A stretch of DNA of 62,991 nucleotides, the filler included, from Octopus bimaculoides (Eukaryota): NCBI RefSeq assembly GCF_001194135.2. It is 7 parts of 6 records of this genome, joined end to end, with 100 filler letters (N's around TTAATTAATTAA, not from the genome) between each part and the next. Parts side by side here need not be neighbours in the genome. Positions count along the whole stretch, not along the records: positions 23,733 to 29,662 come from NC_068996.1; positions 29,763 to 43,533 come from NC_068996.1; 5 more parts are not named here. One strand, 5' to 3'. Within the stretch, counting starts at the first letter, position 1. Every line of letters begins with the position of its first letter. Positions 25,201-37,550 of this stretch are shown piece after piece. The notes beneath the pieces are model-generated. The model ran no database searches and was not told where the DNA came from. It saw only the letters and a list, made by a program, of their open reading frames with translations. The position numbers were made by a program, and so were the translations under genes.

Positions 25201-25277
25201 TTTGACATTTCTTTTTCATATCTGGTCATGTATGTGGAGTGTTGGGTGTTTTTGCATGTGTGTGTAGATAAATATTT

Positions 25278-25308
<31 letters not shown>

Positions 25309-25329
25309 CGCACACACACACACATAAAT

Positions 25330-25700
25330 GTAGCCTTTTCTTATTCAAAGCCTGACCACTTTTCATTAGATGTGCTGTTTCCATACATGAGCACATAAGT
25401 GACTTTTGAGTTCCAAGAGCTGTTTGAAATTTCCATTACAAACAGTGCAAATATATCTCACCTCAAATGGCAAGGTGTTGTTCATCTTGTCTGGTTTATG
25501 GATATTTAAATGCCTTTTTGAACTTGTACAAAACTTACATATCTTATTACAAAAATAGCATCTGAGCATATTTGTTAGAATGATCTTTCTGTCATTTGGG
25601 CCAACTGTATGAAGACGAATTCTGAGATGTAAAGTAATTAAGCCAGCTTTAAGCATCTGAAGAATGACTCTATTCTCTATTCTGTAAGGTATTATTTTTC
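25330..25700 (-). mobile_element. Probable RTE LINE 3' end encoding two C2H2 zinc fingers
   Basis: CYFCNKICKFCTSSKRHLNIH and CTVCNGNFKQLLELKSHLCAH, both C-x2-C-x12-H-x3-H. Non-TGEKP linker; stop followed by gtggtc.. and (TG)n as in the 34870 copy. Confidence 0.55.
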
Positions 25701-25929
25701 TGTTGTTTGCTTTTCATTTTTGTTTGTTTTCTTCACTGTGAGATACCCAGACACAGTCAGCAGCATTAAAAATGCGAGTAACAGGATGGAAACTGAAAAG
25801 TAGTGTCAGGAATTAAACAGAAAGATTTAGAGAATCATAAGATGGAGATACAGCAGGATTTGATAGGAGGGGGAGATACAGCGCTACTTCATGTGATGCA
25901 TGGATAAGCAGAAGAGATAAGATGATGCT

Positions 25930-26720
25930 TAGAAGCTGAGGACATATCTGCAAAGAAATATGTTCAATGCACTATGGTTACCTAGGTAGCAAAATTTAAT
26001 TACTACTCCTAAGGAGTCACCTAAGCATTTGATATAATCTGTTTTACAAGCACTCTTAGTGCTTACTGTCCTAGAGCACTTGCTGCATATGAAGTCTACA
26101 TCTGTTAGCCTACCTTGGATCCCAATACACCATCTTTTTATGTCCATTGTTTACTCTTGTAGTAGAAAGTGGGTTATACATCTTTAGATTGTATACTTGA
26201 CTTTCCTACTATAAAATTAAAGAATATAGACGGAACGCTGAACTCCAGACTATCAACTTAAACAACATTTTATTTAGGTGGTAAATATATACATCTTTAG
26301 TTCTTGTTGTTACAGCTTCTGTGTGTATGAGCATAGTTGTTGGGACGTTGGTCTGTAGTTGTGAGTGAGCTGTCGAGTGTAAGTCCGAAAGATGTAGAGA
26401 GACAGCTTAAACATACGTCCATGCTCAATCGCTGGCCAGCGAGAAAGAGAATGAATTGAGCGGGAACGCTTGGTTGTTTAATTCTACGCATACGTAAGAC
26501 TACGCATGCGCACGGCGTTACTACACTCTAAGCACATTTTATGGAGTCTATCAATTCCTTTCCTACAAGCAGAACATGGTACTGATTAAAACTTTTGTCT
26601 TTCCTAAGTTTACTCTTTAAGACCATTCAATTCCAGAATTTACTTCCAAGTCTGGAATTTCCATTGTTCTTTTCCTTAATAGCAAGTCTGCTATGGAGAA
26701 TCCTTGAATCTTGAGATTAT
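25930..26720 (-). mobile_element. RTE LINE RT fragment split by a solo LTR
   Basis: VNLGKTKVLIS..PCSACRKG.. on one side and ..KRWCIGIQGRLTDVDFICSKC..SLGVVIKFCYLG on the other. The two halves are contiguous once the LTR and one TSD are removed. Confidence 0.8.
26158..26525 (-). mobile_element. Solo LTR (368 bp), probably Gypsy-type, 4-bp TSD CTCT
   Basis: Termini TGTAGTAG...TTACTACA (7-bp inverted ends, TG..CA). CTCT at 26154-26157 and 26526-26529; AATAAA on the minus strand. Confidence 0.88.
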
Positions 26721-27749
26721 CTCCCTTTCCCAAGTGGTGCTGGTCTTAATTGCCATTTGGTAATTATGATTCATCCTCTGGTGGCAAAGATATTTTTAAT
26801 AAATCATGAATTTATGTTGCATGGTATTTGATATGCCTGTGTGTGGTCAAGTACACACATACATATATACATATTTACATACATATGTATACAAATATAA
26901 ATGTATCTGTCTGTCTGAGTGCATTCTACCTGTCTAACTATGTGAATGTTAGACAAGAAGACAGAATGAATGTGAGGAATAGGATTCCTAATGCTGAAGA
27001 TTGTACAAGTGATATCCATAAATTTTTGCCATATATGGGTATCAGTGAATGATTTACTGTCTGTAATGTAATTGCTGCTGGCTACTGTGTATCACATAAA
27101 AACTTGATTGGTTAGGTGATTAGTTGCAATTTCTAGTAGTCTGGTTGTCAATTTGTAGATGTGTAGTGATAAAGAATTTGTTGTGTTGAACATTGGGTGT
27201 TATTTGTGAGATGGTTGTTGAGCAGCTCACTTTTGCTGTTAAGGTCACCAGTTTGTGGTTGTCAGGGTTGTCAGTTTGTAATATTTGGTTCACTTCCAAA
27301 TTATACTGAGGCTGACTTTCTCTTTCATCCTTTTGAGGTCAATAAAATAAGTACCAATCAAGCACTGGGATCAATGTTATTGACTTGACCCCTTCCCCAA
27401 AATTGCTGGCCTTGTGCCAGAATTTGAAATTGATATTTAGTTCACATTTGTTGTCAGGTTTACTGCTTGTGATTTGATTGAGTGGTTCACATTCACTGTC
27501 AGGTGTTACCAGTTTGTGATATTGTGGTTCTGGTGTCAGCATTAAAATAACCAGTTTGTAGGGCTGGTTACCAATTTGGTATTGGCAGGTGTTTGAGTGG
27601 AAAAGTTCCAGTTGATTTCCTTTCACCAGTTGATCCAATGGTACCTTGTGTTGCTGGCTGTAGTGTCTCAACAGTTGGAGAAGAGGAAGTAACTTGAGTT
27701 GCAGTTGACATTGTTAATGATGGTGTAGTTATTGCATAAAAAACTTGTT

Positions 27750-27960
27750 AGGCAGTGAGCTGGCAGAAACGTTAGCACGCCAGGTGAAATGCTTAGTGGT
27801 ATTTCGTCTGCCACTACATTCTGAGTTGAAATTCCACAGAGGTCGACTTTGCCTCTCATCCTTTTGGGGTCAATAAATTAAGTACCAGTTACACACTGGA
27901 GGTTGATGTAATCGACTTAATCCCTTGTTTGTCCCCTCTATGTTTAGCCCCTTGTGGGCA
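27750..27960 (+). mobile_element. SINE family B (a partial copy also lies at 27285-27430)
   Basis: Aligns to other B copies. Confidence 0.85.
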
Positions 27961-28129
27961 GTGAAGAAATAAGAAACTTGTTATGCTGAATGCCAGTAGG
28001 TAGTCTGTGAGAATGTATGGTTGAAAAGAGGAGAAAATGTTATGTGGTCATATCTAGCAAGAGGAGAAAATGTTATGTCTTTGTGCTTGGTGAAAGATCT
28101 TTTTAAATGAAGTCAAAATGGCAAGACTA

Positions 28130-28930
28130 CCAACTATCCAAGAAATTCTCTTTAAATCCCCTGGCTTTTCTGACACCTTATGCTTTGTATTTCCTGTTCA
28201 TTTCTATTTGCAACCTTGATTTGGTGCAAAACTGCATGAACTTTTCCATTAATCTTAACACCACACAAATGTACCAGAAAAATGATTGGCTGAAAAATGG
28301 GCCAAGATCACCTGATATGGACAATTGCAGCCAAATCTAGAAACTTTATATGTTGTAGCCTTTTCTTGTTACTGAACAGATAGGGTTTTAAATGCTGAGC
28401 ACTGCTACACAGTAAAATGTTTATCCAGGAAAAATTATTTTCAAATACATAGACTTTTGATAATAGCTGCTGTTCTCTTTTTGATAGCAGGACATTGTCT
28501 TCCATTTATATTTAGTGTCACTCTTGTAGTGAGAGAGTAACTACTGAAGCCGAGTCACTCTACTATCAGTGGCATTTGGAATTTACAGTGTACAGTACAG
28601 AATCAGCAATTATTTTCTTCAGATTTTCAAGAGCCACAATTGCTTCAGAAGATAAAGATGAGAAAGATAAATTAAGCTGAGGTTGTATTATATCAACAAC
28701 CTTTGAAGTCTGCCCCACATAATAAGCAAATAATCCAATAATTTGGAACAAGCTCTTAGATTCTGAAGAAGCTTTTAAGTTTCATTAATAGTTCCGTTTG
28801 TTAGGGAACAGCAGAAAGTGATTCTTATTAGATTTTCTTTACATATATTTATCATTATTCACAGCAAACCCATAATTCCTGGTACATATTAGGAATCATT
28901 ATTGATTCTTGCCATGTTCTGTAACGTTTT
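28130..28930 (-). mobile_element. Degenerate Gypsy pol remnant (RT end, RNase H, possibly start of integrase)
   Basis: HGKNQ..; IIGLFAYY..IQPQL..EAIVALENLKKIIADSVL..; EQQ/AAIIKSL..LDKHFT match Gypsy RT-RNase H motifs, with many disablements. Confidence 0.65.
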
Positions 28931-29139
28931 TTTTATATTCTACATATAACAAAATCAACAAGATACAATAAACATAACTTCATTTATTAAACTCAAAGTC
29001 AGTCTAATGGATTGGAATATCCGACCATTGGCCTTAAAAGACAGTGAAAAGTTTTAAGCCTGTTAAAAAAAAGTTGATAGGAAACCATTTTTAAATTTAC
29101 CAAACTAAAAAATTGAAAAGCAAACCTTATCTTGAGCAA

Positions 29140-29236
29140 GGTCCTTCATGGTAGGCACAGTGTCTTCTACTATAGCCTTGAACCAACCAAAGCCTTGTGA
29201 GAGGATTTGGTAGATAGAAACTTTAAAAACAGGCTG

Positions 29237-29279
<43 letters not shown>

Positions 29280-29523
29280 CTTGTGTGTGTGTGTATGTGT
29301 GTGTGTGTTTGCTGGTCTGTGTTTGTTCCTCCCAACATCGCTTGACAACGGATGGAGGTGTGTTTACATCCCCGTAACTTAACAGCTGAGCAAAAGAGAC
29401 CGATAGAATGAATACTAAGCTTACAAAGAATAAGTCCTGGGATCGATTTGTTCAACTAAAGGTGGTGCTCCAGCATAGCCACAGTCAAATGACTGAAACA
29501 AATAAAAGAATGAAAGAATAAAA

Positions 29524-29525
<2 letters not shown>
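29140..29525 (+). mobile_element. SINE family A with internal (TG)n
   Basis: Body and tail match the family. Confidence 0.85.
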
Positions 29526-29560
<35 letters not shown>

Positions 29561-29563
29561 TAT

Positions 29564-29662
29564 GAGGGAACCCGCGGAAGAGGTAGGCCCAGGAAGACCT
29601 GGGCTGAGGTGGTGAGGCAAGACCTTCGTACATTGGGCCTCACCGAGGCGATGACTACGGAC
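29564..29662 (+). mobile_element. RTE LINE C-terminal fragment, cut by a gap
   Basis: Open frame EGTRGRGRPRKTWAEVVRQDLRTLGLTEAMTTD (RTE G.R.RGRP.K.W...D motif). Confidence 0.85.
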
Positions 29663-29762
29663 NNNNNNNNNNNNNNNNNNNNNNNNNNNNNNNNNNNNNN
29701 NNNNNNTTAATTAATTAANNNNNNNNNNNNNNNNNNNNNNNNNNNNNNNNNNNNNNNNNNNN

Positions 29763-29813
<51 letters not shown>

Positions 29814-30509
29814 TATACACACACACACTTCCATCCATCCATCCACATATGCATGCATGCATACATACCAATGCAGTGGAGTAATTAATACAGTTTAGCA
29901 AATTATTAACTGCTACGGGTGTACACAAGAATTGACACATGAATATGAATCCCTCGCAGTTATCAAATTGCATCGATATTACCCACACACACACAAACAC
30001 ATACACATCCATACATGTGTCGCTATAATTATGAGCATACCTAATTCACACAAAGAGATTGTATATCTGTCTGCATGTGTGAGTTTAGGCTTGCGTCTAG
30101 ATACATTTGCATGTTAATATGCAATAAATGGCCAATAGTTGAAATAAGAGATTAATGGAGAAAATAAAGATTAATATGTACATATATGGTGTCAAAAGTT
30201 TCTAACACTAATCCTAGTCTTAAGATTTGTAATTAAATTGCTAAAGTTTTTCAGAATGATTAATCTTATTGGTGTTTAATTACCAACTTAATGACCGACG
30301 CTGTAGTTAACTGCGACATATCTGTTACAAAACCTCACTTTATAAACCAATCGGATGACTTATTACGTAGCCACTAGACTTGCTAGAAATATGAACCAAA
30401 TCTCCTCCAAAGTGCAACATAGAACGGTGGTTTTCAACCATTTTTTCTTTACTTAGGAACATCCTTTGTTTCCGATTTTGCAAGGATAGACCTCCGCAGT
30501 AATCCGAGG

Positions 30510-30800
30510 TTTGTGTTGGCATTCCGTCGCTTACGACGTCGAGGGTTCCTGTTGATCCAATCAACGGAACAGGCTGCTCGTGAAATTAACGTACAAGTGG
30601 CTGAGCACTCGACAGACACGTGTACCCTTAACGTAGTTCTCAGGGATATTCAGCGTGACACAGTGTGATAAGGCTGGCCCTTTGAAATACAGGTACAAGA
30701 AAGAGTAAGAGAAAGTTGTGGTGGAAGAGTACAGCAGGGTTCGCCACCATCCCCTGCCGAAGTCTCGTGGAGCTTTAGGTGTTTTTGCTCAATAAACACT
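30510..30800 (-). mobile_element. SINE family D, 5'-truncated
   Basis: High similarity to 19511-19800. Confidence 0.88.
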
Positions 30801-30818
30801 TACAACTTGCTCAATAAA

Positions 30819-31085
30819 CACCTTGAGCAAGTGTCTTCTACTATAGCCTCAGGCTGACCAAAACCTTGTGAGTGAATTTGGTAGACGGAAACTGAAAGAA
30901 CTTGACAACCGGTGTAGGTGTGTTAACGTCTGCATAACTTAGCGGTTGAGCAAAAGTTTCTGTTAAAAGGACAAGGCTTTTTAAAAAATTGTCTTGGGGT
31001 CGATTTGTTCGACTTAAACATCCCTGAAGGCAGTGCACCAGCATGGCCGCAGTCAAATGATTGAAAAAGTAAGAGAATAAGAAAA
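30819..31085 (+). mobile_element. SINE family A lacking head and internal microsatellite
   Basis: gaaactgaaaga is joined directly to cttgacaacc. Confidence 0.8.
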
Positions 31086-31526
31086 TAAAACGTGGTTCGA
31101 TTCCCGCTGATATAACTATAGTACTCTATCGGTCTTAAACTAGCGTTTATAATGTACATTGTCTCTGCTATGAAAGCTTATGCGTCTGTAGACACACACA
31201 CACACGCACACATATATATGTATCCTCAGTTATACACGCATATACACATGATCACACATATACGCACATACAGACACATAAACCTACACACTTTGGGATA
31301 TTCCGATGGAGATAGGCTTCTCAATCCATGTAGCAGAGTTTGTTTAATCGATCGAAGCCGATGTTACACTCTGTCGCAGTTCAGATTTCCAAGCAACGTG
31401 CGATAGTTCAACCGGCACAAAATTGCATGTATACGCGCCTGTGTATATATACATGTATACACACACATATGTATATATACATGTACATATATACACACAT
31501 ACATGCATACATACATACATACATGC

Positions 31527-31571
<45 letters not shown>

Positions 31572-32834
31572 AGAATATATATATATATANNNNNNNNNNN
31601 NNNNNNNNNNNNNNNNNNNNNNNNNNNNNNNNNNNNNNNNNNNNNNNNNNNNNNNNNNNNNNNNNNNNNNNNNNNNNNNNNNNNNNNNNNNNNNNNNNNN
31701 NNNNNNNNNNNNNNNNNNNNNNNNNNNNNNNNNNNNNNNNNNNNNNNNNNNNNNNNNNNNNNNNNNNNNNNNNNNNNNNNNNNNNNNNNNNNNNNNNNNN
31801 NNNNNNNNNNNNNNNNNNNNNNNNNNNNNNNNNNNNNNNNNNNNNNNNNNNNNNNNNNNNNNNNNNNNNNNNNNNNNNNNNNNNNNNNNNNNNNNNNNNN
31901 NNNNNNNNNNNNNNNNNNNNNNNNNNNNNNNNNNNNNNNNNNNNNNNNNNNNNNNNNNNNNNNNNNNNNNNNNNNNNNNNNNNNNNNNNNNNNNNNNNNN
32001 NNNNNNNNNNNNNNNNNNNNNNNNNNNNNNNNNNNNNNNNNNNNNNNNNNNNNNNNNNNNNNNNNNNNNNNNNNNNNNNNNNNNNNNNNNNNNNNNNNNN
32101 NNNNNNNNNNNNNNNNNNNNNNNNNNNNNNNNNNNNNNNNNNNNNNNNNNNNNNNNNNNNNNNNNNNNNNNNNNNNNNNNNNNNNNNNNNNNNNNNNNNN
32201 NNNNNNNNNNNNNNNNNNNNNNNNNNNTGTGGTACTTTTGCGCGATCAGTGTATTACTGTATTATTGTCTTGGTTTAACCCTCATCATAAAAAAACCCCT
32301 GTTTTATTAAGTTTCGGGAGATGCATTGTGCCAATAATAAACACGCGCTGGTTCTATTTCACTTCTTTGATATGTGTCATTTGGCTAACTATTTTACTAT
32401 TTTAACTAATCGTTTGTTGCATCAATCAACTAGCCGTGATTGTCTAAGTCTATTCGTTGCCAGTTGCCACCTCTTCAATTACATCCTCTCATTACTCCAA
32501 GTCAGCTTCAAATCTGTCTTCCCGAGGTACAATAAATGGATTTCTAGAATTGTGTGTGGCCTTCACAGAAATCTCTTCTACTGGACTTGGCTAACAGTCC
32601 ACATAGTAATTTAATATAGAGGAATATAATTCAGAGTTCCATGCAAATGAAATCCAGGAGATCTGATCGATGAGATTATCTCATAACGAGTATATAATAA
32701 AGAGTGGGGAGATATGAGAGGAAAATGTATTTATTTAGCCACCTGACATTCTGGATATATCGTCAGTAAATTATAAATCCCAAACAGCACACACTAAGTT
32801 ATGGGGCAGTAGGGTATTTAAAGAAAAATAGTTA

Positions 32835-32978
32835 GGGCCGGTTCATAGGGATACTCAGCGTTTCACGTCCATAAAGCGCTTAACTTTACATGCGTCTCGT
32901 CACTGGAGTCAGACAAAGCGTTAGTAAAGTTAAGCGCTTTCCGAACGTGAAACGCTGGGTAACTCGATGAATCAGCCA
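32835..32978. mobile_element. Hairpin MITE (144 bp), PIF/Harbinger (Tourist)-like, TTA TSD
   Basis: ~54-bp arms 32836-32889 and 32924-32977, largely complementary (cagcgtttcacgt..aaagcgcttaactttac). TTA at 32832-32834 and 32979-32981. Confidence 0.75.
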
Positions 32979-33030
32979 TTATTATCTTTCTCTAAATATG
33001 TGTGTGTGTGTATGTGCATATGTATATATA

Positions 33031-33258
33031 TTGGGTTGTCCGGAAAGTTCATGCCGATTTATAGTAGCTTACCTTTCGACTTATTTGCCATGAAACCACC
33101 TCAATTCTTGGAAGAGGGTGTTTTAAAGTTAAAGGAAAGATGGAGACGCATTGTGCAACAAAATGGTTCATATTTGGCTGATTGAAAAGGTAATGGCAAG
33201 TATTTATTGAGCTTTTTCTTTCCTTTAAAAATCGGAACGAACTTTCCGGACAACTCAA
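33031..33258 (+). mobile_element. Internally deleted mariner (228 bp) with both TIRs and TA TSD
   Basis: TA|TTGGGTTGTCCGGAAAGTTC..GAACTTTCCGGACAACTCAA|TA. Retains transposase C-terminus KPPQFLEEGVLKLKERWRRIVQQNGSY. Confidence 0.92.
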
Positions 33259-33568
33259 TATATATNNNNNNNNNNNNNNNNNNNNNNNNNNNNNNNNNNN
33301 NNNNNNNNNNNNNNNNNNNNNNNNNNNNNNNNNNNNNNNNNNNNNNNNNNNNNNNNNNNNNNNNNNNNNNNNNNNNNNNNNNNNNNNNNNNNNNNNNNNN
33401 NNNNNNNNNNNNNNNNNNNNNNNNNNNNNNNNNNNNNNNNNNNNNNNNNNNNNNNNNNNNNNNNNNNNNNNNNNNNNNNNNNNNNNNNNNNNNNNNNNNN
33501 NNNNNNNNNNNNNNNNNNNNNNNNNNNNNNNNNNNNNNNNNNNNNNNNNNNNNNNNNNNNNNNNNNNN

Positions 33569-33610
<42 letters not shown>

Positions 33611-33883
33611 GTGTGTTAATATATTGCAATCACGATGTAGTGATCTTGGTTTCAATTCTTAGACCGGCTGGTGCGTTGTATTCTTAAGCAAAACACTTCA
33701 TCTCACTCACGTTGCCCTTCGACCACTTCAAGACCTGACGCGTGGTACACTGTGCACCGTCGATTTGATGGAGCGAATGTACAGAACGAACATTTGATCA
33801 TTTATAAACAAATCATTTCTGCAGGTCAATCGGCAAACGCTGATCGCTGATACGTCGCTTTCGACGGGCGAGTCCATCATATA

Positions 33884-34030
33884 CAGGGTGTCCCAAAAGA
33901 CACTGATGAGTTTCAATTTTTAGTAACTTCCTTAACTTAACAAATAAATGCATGAAATTTTGATATAATATAAAAGTCATAATGGAAATTAATAAGCACA
34001 AGTCACATTTTGCAATACCACTTCATCACA
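33884..34030 (+). mobile_element. Tc1-like left end
   Basis: TA|CAGGGTGTCCCAAAA start; no partner TIR found. Confidence 0.5.
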
Positions 34031-34049
34031 TATGAAAAATGACATCGAT

Positions 34050-34432
34050 TAAAGTGACTGAGGGCGCTAGGCAGCACCGGTGTTGGTGGAAATGAGAGTC
34101 AAAACGACTCATAGTTGCGATAATGACTGACAAGGGAAGCGAGCTTCCTAAGCACCGGGCATAGCTAGACCGCCAGTGATATCGCATATGCATTAATGCT
34201 ATTCAGTGGCTCTTACCGACGCCTAGGGTTAAACTCAACTCGCCTTGTCAGCTTATTAGATCACCATAGAAATCATACGCTGATTTCATAAATGGTGGGA
34301 AAAGTGAAAATTATAAATAAGGGTGGCTTGTTAGCAATTTTTCAACCTAAAGGCAAAATATATGTCACTAAAGCTATTAAGGGCGCTAGACAGCCCCAGT
34401 ATTACTAGAAATAGGAGTCAAAGCAACTCATA
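34050..34432. repeat. Unclassified repeat related to ~1080-1250
   Basis: Shares cagtggctcttac and tagaaatcatacgctgatttcataaat, plus an inverted gagtcaaagcaactc block, with the 1080-1250 region; also has an internal ~55-bp direct repeat. Confidence 0.55.
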
Positions 34433-34436
34433 TGTG

Positions 34437-34482
<46 letters not shown>

Positions 34483-34869
34483 TACATGTAAAAATGTGAA
34501 CAAGAGAAATAATATCCTTAAGATTATAAACCTGGGAAAGTACAGCACAAGTTATTAAACTTGGAAAAGTTCGGGACAAGTTGTTACATCTGGTAAAGTA
34601 CAGAACAAGAAAATTTTTACTTAAAATATTGCAGCTAAGGATAGAATTACAAATAAAATATTTAGATTTAGAATATATTAGCTTTTATTAAAACTTTAAA
34701 AAAATTATTACAAGTTATTACTTCTATTTCTAATTACTTGTTACTTCTATTAAACATTTTAAATTACTCAAAATATTTTTTGCACTTTGAAAAAATTCAT
34801 TTTTTTAAAATTAATTGATAATTTGAACTTTGAAAATAGGTTATAAAAAAATGATAGTCGTACATAATC

Positions 34870-35150
34870 AGTTAGTATTGGACCACCAAGAGCTGCAGAC
34901 AAGTTCTACTCTTTGCAGGTCTTAAAATGTCTTTTGAGGCCTCCGTTAGATTAGCAAACCTTCTGGCATACTTTGCATTCAAAGGTGTGCACAGACATAT
35001 AGGTAGAATAGGTGGTGGAGGTTCGTTTTTCATGGTTTCACAAATGAGATTTGAGCCCAGCAAAAGAAAGGCATCGTCTGTCACGAACTGCGCGCAGAAA
35101 ACGGTCATTGTGATTCACCTTGTCGATCGTAACTGTCTTCCTTAAATCTG
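34870..35150 (-). mobile_element. RTE LINE 3' end with two degenerate zinc fingers
   Basis: DRRCLSFAGLKSHL*NH ... FECKVCQKVC*SNGGLKRHFKTC, then gtggtccaatac. Confidence 0.7.
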
Positions 35151-36629
35151 GGAGAAGTCGTTCTATTTTAGCCAGTGTAGGGACCATATGTATATTATGC
35201 CAATACCATATTCCACCGTTTTAAAGTTGATTGGAGTTATTTGCGATTTGGGAGGCTGTACTTTCATCCATATCTGTGGTGGTGGTGGTGGTGGTGAGGA
35301 TGATGATGGAGGAGGATGAAGGGATTGTCAGTGGTAGCGCTGATGTTGATGTTGAGGCGGATGACAACGACGATGATGATAGTGGTGGTGATCAAGATGA
35401 AAGATGGTGAAAAATGATGAGGATAAAAAGGTTCCTTGATATTCGGGTTCGGTAAAATGAACCANNNNNNNNNNNNNNNNNNNNNNNNNNNNNNNNNNNN
35501 NNNNNNNNNNNNNNNNNNNNNNNNNNNNNNNNNNNNNNNNNNNNNNNNNNNNNNNNNNNNNNNNNNNNNNNNNNNNNNNNNNNNNNNNNNNNNNNNNNNN
35601 NNNNNNNNNNNNNNNNNNNNNNNNNNNNNNNNNNNNNNNNNNNNNNNNNNNNNNNNNNNNNNNNNNNNNNNNNNNNNNNNNNNNNNNNNNNNNNNNNNNN
35701 NNNNNNNNNNNNNNNNNNNNNNNNNNNNNNNNNNNNNNNNNNNNNNNNNNNNNNNNNNNNNNNNNNNNNNNNNNNNNNNNNNNNNNNNNNNNNNNNNNNN
35801 NNNNNNNNNNNNNNNNNNNNNNNNNNNNNNNNNNNNNNNNNNNNNNNNNNNNNNNNNNNNNNNNNNNNNNNNNNNNNNNNNNNNNNNNNNNNNNNNNNNN
35901 NNNNNNNNNNNNNNNNNNNNNNNNNNNNNNNNNNNNNNNNNNNNNNNNNNNNNNNNNNNNNNNNNNNNNNNNNNNNNNNNNNNNNNNNNNNNNNNNNNNN
36001 NNNNNNNNNNNNNNNNNNNNNNNNNNNNNNNNNNNNNNNNNNNNNNNNNNNNNNNNNNNNNNNNNNNNNNNNNNNNNNNNNNNNNNNNNNNNNNNNNNNN
36101 NNNNNNNNNNNNNNNNNNNNNNNNNNNNNNNNNNNNNNNNNNNNNNNNNNNNNNNNNNNNNNNNNNNNNNNNNNNNNNNNNNNNNNNNNNNNNNNNNNNN
36201 NNNNNNNNNNNNNNNNNNNNNNNNNNNNNNNNNNNNNNNNNNNNNNNNNNNNNNNNNNNNNNNNNNNNNNNNNNNNNNNNNNNNNNNNNNNNNNNNNNNN
36301 NNNNNNNNNNNNNNNNNNNNNNNNNNNNNNNNNNNNNNNNNNNNNNNNNNNNNNCCCTGTTGGTAGCAATGCTGATATTTATTGGGTAGTTATCATGAAG
36401 ACGATAGGGCGGTGGTAAGAGTACTCGTAGTAGTAGTAAGAGTACTAGTAAAGATGGTTGTTATGTTTTCGATGTCATGGTCGTTGTGGCAGTTCACGGC
36501 TGGAATCATAAGTTGAACGGGGATTTGGTTGCTATTTCTAGCACATCGAGTGACCACGTAGAGCAGGCCTGGCCAACTCGAATTACATTGCAGGCCACTT
36601 TAATCACAGAAAGGTTTTTGAGGGCCGCT

Positions 36630-37010
36630 TGTATACTTTATGCACTAGCTTGCTTACCAACCACATGGTTTCGGGTTCAGTCCTACTGCGTGGCACCTTG
36701 GGCACGTGTCTTCTACTATAACCTCGGGCCGAACAAAGCCTTGTGAATGAATGTGGTAGACGGAAACTGAAAGAAGCCCGTCGTATATATATGTATATGT
36801 TTGTATGTCAGTGTTTGTCCCCCTCCCTCGCCATTGCTTGACAACCGATGTTGATGTGTTTATGTCTCTGTAACTTAGTTGCTCAGCAAAAGTGTCCGAT
36901 AGAATAAGTACTAGGCTTACAAAGAATAAGTCCTGGGGTCGATTTGCTCGACTAAAGGCAGTGCTCCAGCATGGCTGCAGTCAAATGACTGAAGCAAGTA
37001 AATGAATAAA
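36630..37010 (+). mobile_element. SINE family A, near full length
   Basis: Near-consensus body and tail. Confidence 0.9.
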
Positions 37011-37089
37011 ACTGTTGTATACAGTGCTCGGGTGCACTACAACTAAAAAAAAAAAAAAAAGCGGGGCCATTAGGTGGCGGATTTCAGGA

Positions 37090-37488
37090 AATACACATAT
37101 ACATACGCACGCACACATAGACATACACACAATACACACATACACATACATGTACACAGTTATACACACATACATACACACGCATACACATATATACTCA
37201 CACGCACACACACGCGCGCACATAATACGCAAACACACAGACACACTCGATACACACACATGCGCACATACACATACACACACACATATAAACACGCACA
37301 TACATATAAACATGCACACGCGCACACATACACACGCATAGATATATACACACGCGTACACACACGCACACACAATACACAAACACACGCATACACACAT
37401 ATACACACACACACACAGTACACGCACATACACACACAATACACAGGCACACACACACACACAAACACAATACACACACACAATACAC

Positions 37489-37523
<35 letters not shown>

Positions 37524-37550
37524 ATACACAGACACACACACATACACACA
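37090..37550. repeat. Degenerate (CA)/(TACA) mosaic microsatellite
   Basis: Seen directly; source of the spurious His/Thr and Cys/Val ORFs. Confidence 0.9.

Noticed and set aside
28025-28080. 20-bp direct repeat aagaggagaaaatgttatgt (and a 14-bp repeat at ~4627-4660)
   Set aside because: Ordinary slippage duplications within or beside decayed elements.
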